DNA of 54,205 nucleotides from Bacillota bacterium (lineage in GTDB: Bacteria > Bacillota > Clostridia > Saccharofermentanales > DTU023), in NCBI GenBank assembly GCA_023388605.1, contig JAEWFX010000062.1, positions 1 through 54,205 of the forward strand, read 5' to 3'. The translations under genes and the position numbers were made by a program. A model generated the notes under the pieces. It saw only the letters and a list, made by a program, of their open reading frames with translations. It ran no database searches and had not been told where the DNA came from. Positions 53,477-54,205 of the stretch are shown piece after piece (positions within the stretch are counted from its first letter, which is position 1; each line of letters opens with the position of its first letter).

Positions 53477-54205
53477 ATGACTAAAACTGCGAGCTATCGT
53501 CCGAGATTCACCGATAAGGATCAAGAGCGTTTTCTCCAAATGAATGAATTAGAGAACGAACTGCATATGCGTGGTTATTTGCAGATCGCAGGTGTAGACG
53601 AGGCTGGCAGAGGTCCTTTAGCCGGTCCTGTGGCGTGTGCTGCTTGTATTTTAGATCCTGATCAGCCGATTATAGGTCTCAACGATTCTAAAAAATTATC
53701 ACCTGCCAAGCGTTCCTATCTTTTAAATGAGATTAAGCAGAAAGCCATTGCTTATAGTGTTGTCTTAGTGCCTGCTGCTGAAATCGATCGCCTAAATATC
53801 CTTGAAGCTACTAGACAAGGCATGATAACAGCCATACAGAAATTGAGTATTCAACCAGACTATTTACTGACAGATGCAATGAATTTTTCAGACAATAGTC
53901 TGCCAGCTTATCAAGCTTTGATCGGCGGTGACGCAAAAGTTAATTGCATAGCTGCAGCGTCAATCATCGCCAAAGAAACTCGCGATCGCTACATGATGGA
54001 GTTGGATGAACGTTTTCCAGGTTATAAATTCAGTAAGCACAAGGGTTATGGTACGCGTGAACATTATCAGGCCATAGAGGAATTGGGTATCTGTGAGGAA
54101 CATCGCCTAACTTTTCTCAAGAAATTAGCTTTGTCAGAATCTAATCTGAAAAATGTCGGTTCGCATGCCGAAGATAAAGTTGTCGAACATCTAATATCTC
54201 AAGGT
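53477..54205 (+). CDS. rnhB: Ribonuclease HII, 3'-truncated by the window end; the ORF continues in frame into a YraN-like N-terminus
   Basis: My translation is MTKTASYRPRF...IAGVDEAGRGPLAGPV...DSKKLS...KHKGYGTREH...HRLTFLKKLALSESNLKNVGSHAEDKVVEHLISQG. No stop codon occurs before position 54205. Confidence 0.85.
   Translation, partial: MTKTASYRPRFTDKDQERFLQMNELENELHMRGYLQIAGVDEAGRGPLAGPVACAACILDPDQPIIGLNDSKKLSPAKRSYLLNEIKQKAIAYSVVLVPAAEIDRLNILEATRQGMITAIQKLSIQPDYLLTDAMNFSDNSLPAYQALIGGDAKVNCIAAASIIAKETRDRYMMELDERFPGYKFSKHKGYGTREHYQAIEELGICEEHRLTFLKKLALSESNLKNVGSHAEDKVVEHLISQG

Noticed and set aside
1-54205. I scanned for CRISPR arrays, tRNA/rRNA genes, IS elements, integrases, phage genes, toxin-antitoxin pairs and known defence genes.
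   Set aside because: I found no regularly spaced direct repeats, no cloverleaf-like or rRNA-like conserved segments in the short intergenic gaps, and no transposase, recombinase or defence signatures in any ORF. The window is core chromosome.

Overview
This window is a core housekeeping region of a PolC-type, Bacillota/Firmicutes-like chromosome with Clostridia-style gene order. 49 of the 51 CDS I call lie on the + strand, and many are translationally coupled through stop/start overlaps. In order, the content is: a stand-alone E2-like acyltransferase, an M50 protease and scpAB; a three-gene transcarboxylase-like cluster (12S-like, 1.3S-like, 5S-like); cmk, plsC and an ispH-S1 fusion; rpsB-tsf-pyrH-frr-uppS-cdsA-dxr-rseP-ispG-polC; priA-def-fmt-rsmB-rlmN; an FHA-SEDS fusion, a class B PBP and a 51-aa membrane micro-ORF; polA; yitT (-); rsmA and dut; tsaD (-); a membrane-anchored alpha/beta-hydrolase-like protein; efp, asp23, amaP, DUF2273, nusB-xseAB-ispA-dxs-nadK-recN; an unknown multipass membrane protein; prfB, a nadD-yqeK fusion, rsfS, rbgA, and rnhB, which runs off the window end. 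I saw no rRNA or tRNA genes, CRISPR arrays, transposases, integrases, phage genes or recognisable defence genes. I cannot point to a discrete novel multi-gene system, and most of the window is ordinary. The signals worth a second look are at domain level. (1) PolC has an intact polymerase, PHP domain and zinc finger, but its inserted 3'-5' exonuclease domain has lost the DEDDh catalytic motifs. (2) A biotin transcarboxylase-like trio has no membrane pump subunit and no biotin carboxylase, and its carboxyltransferase subunit is divergent. (3) An FHA-like-SEDS + bPBP + micropeptide module follows rlmN, where Bacillus has prpC/prkC, and its FHA phosphothreonine-binding residues are not conserved. 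(4) There are several gene fusions (nadD-yqeK, rnhB continuing into a YraN-like N-terminus, ispH-S1) and large insertions in Def and dUTPase. (5) Several proteins have substituted catalytic residues: E2-like DHRxxDG reads DERIVDG, the hydrolase GxSxG reads GVGTG, and PriA DEEH reads DEEQ. All motif comparisons rely on my memory of family consensus sequences and need a proper alignment or HMM check.
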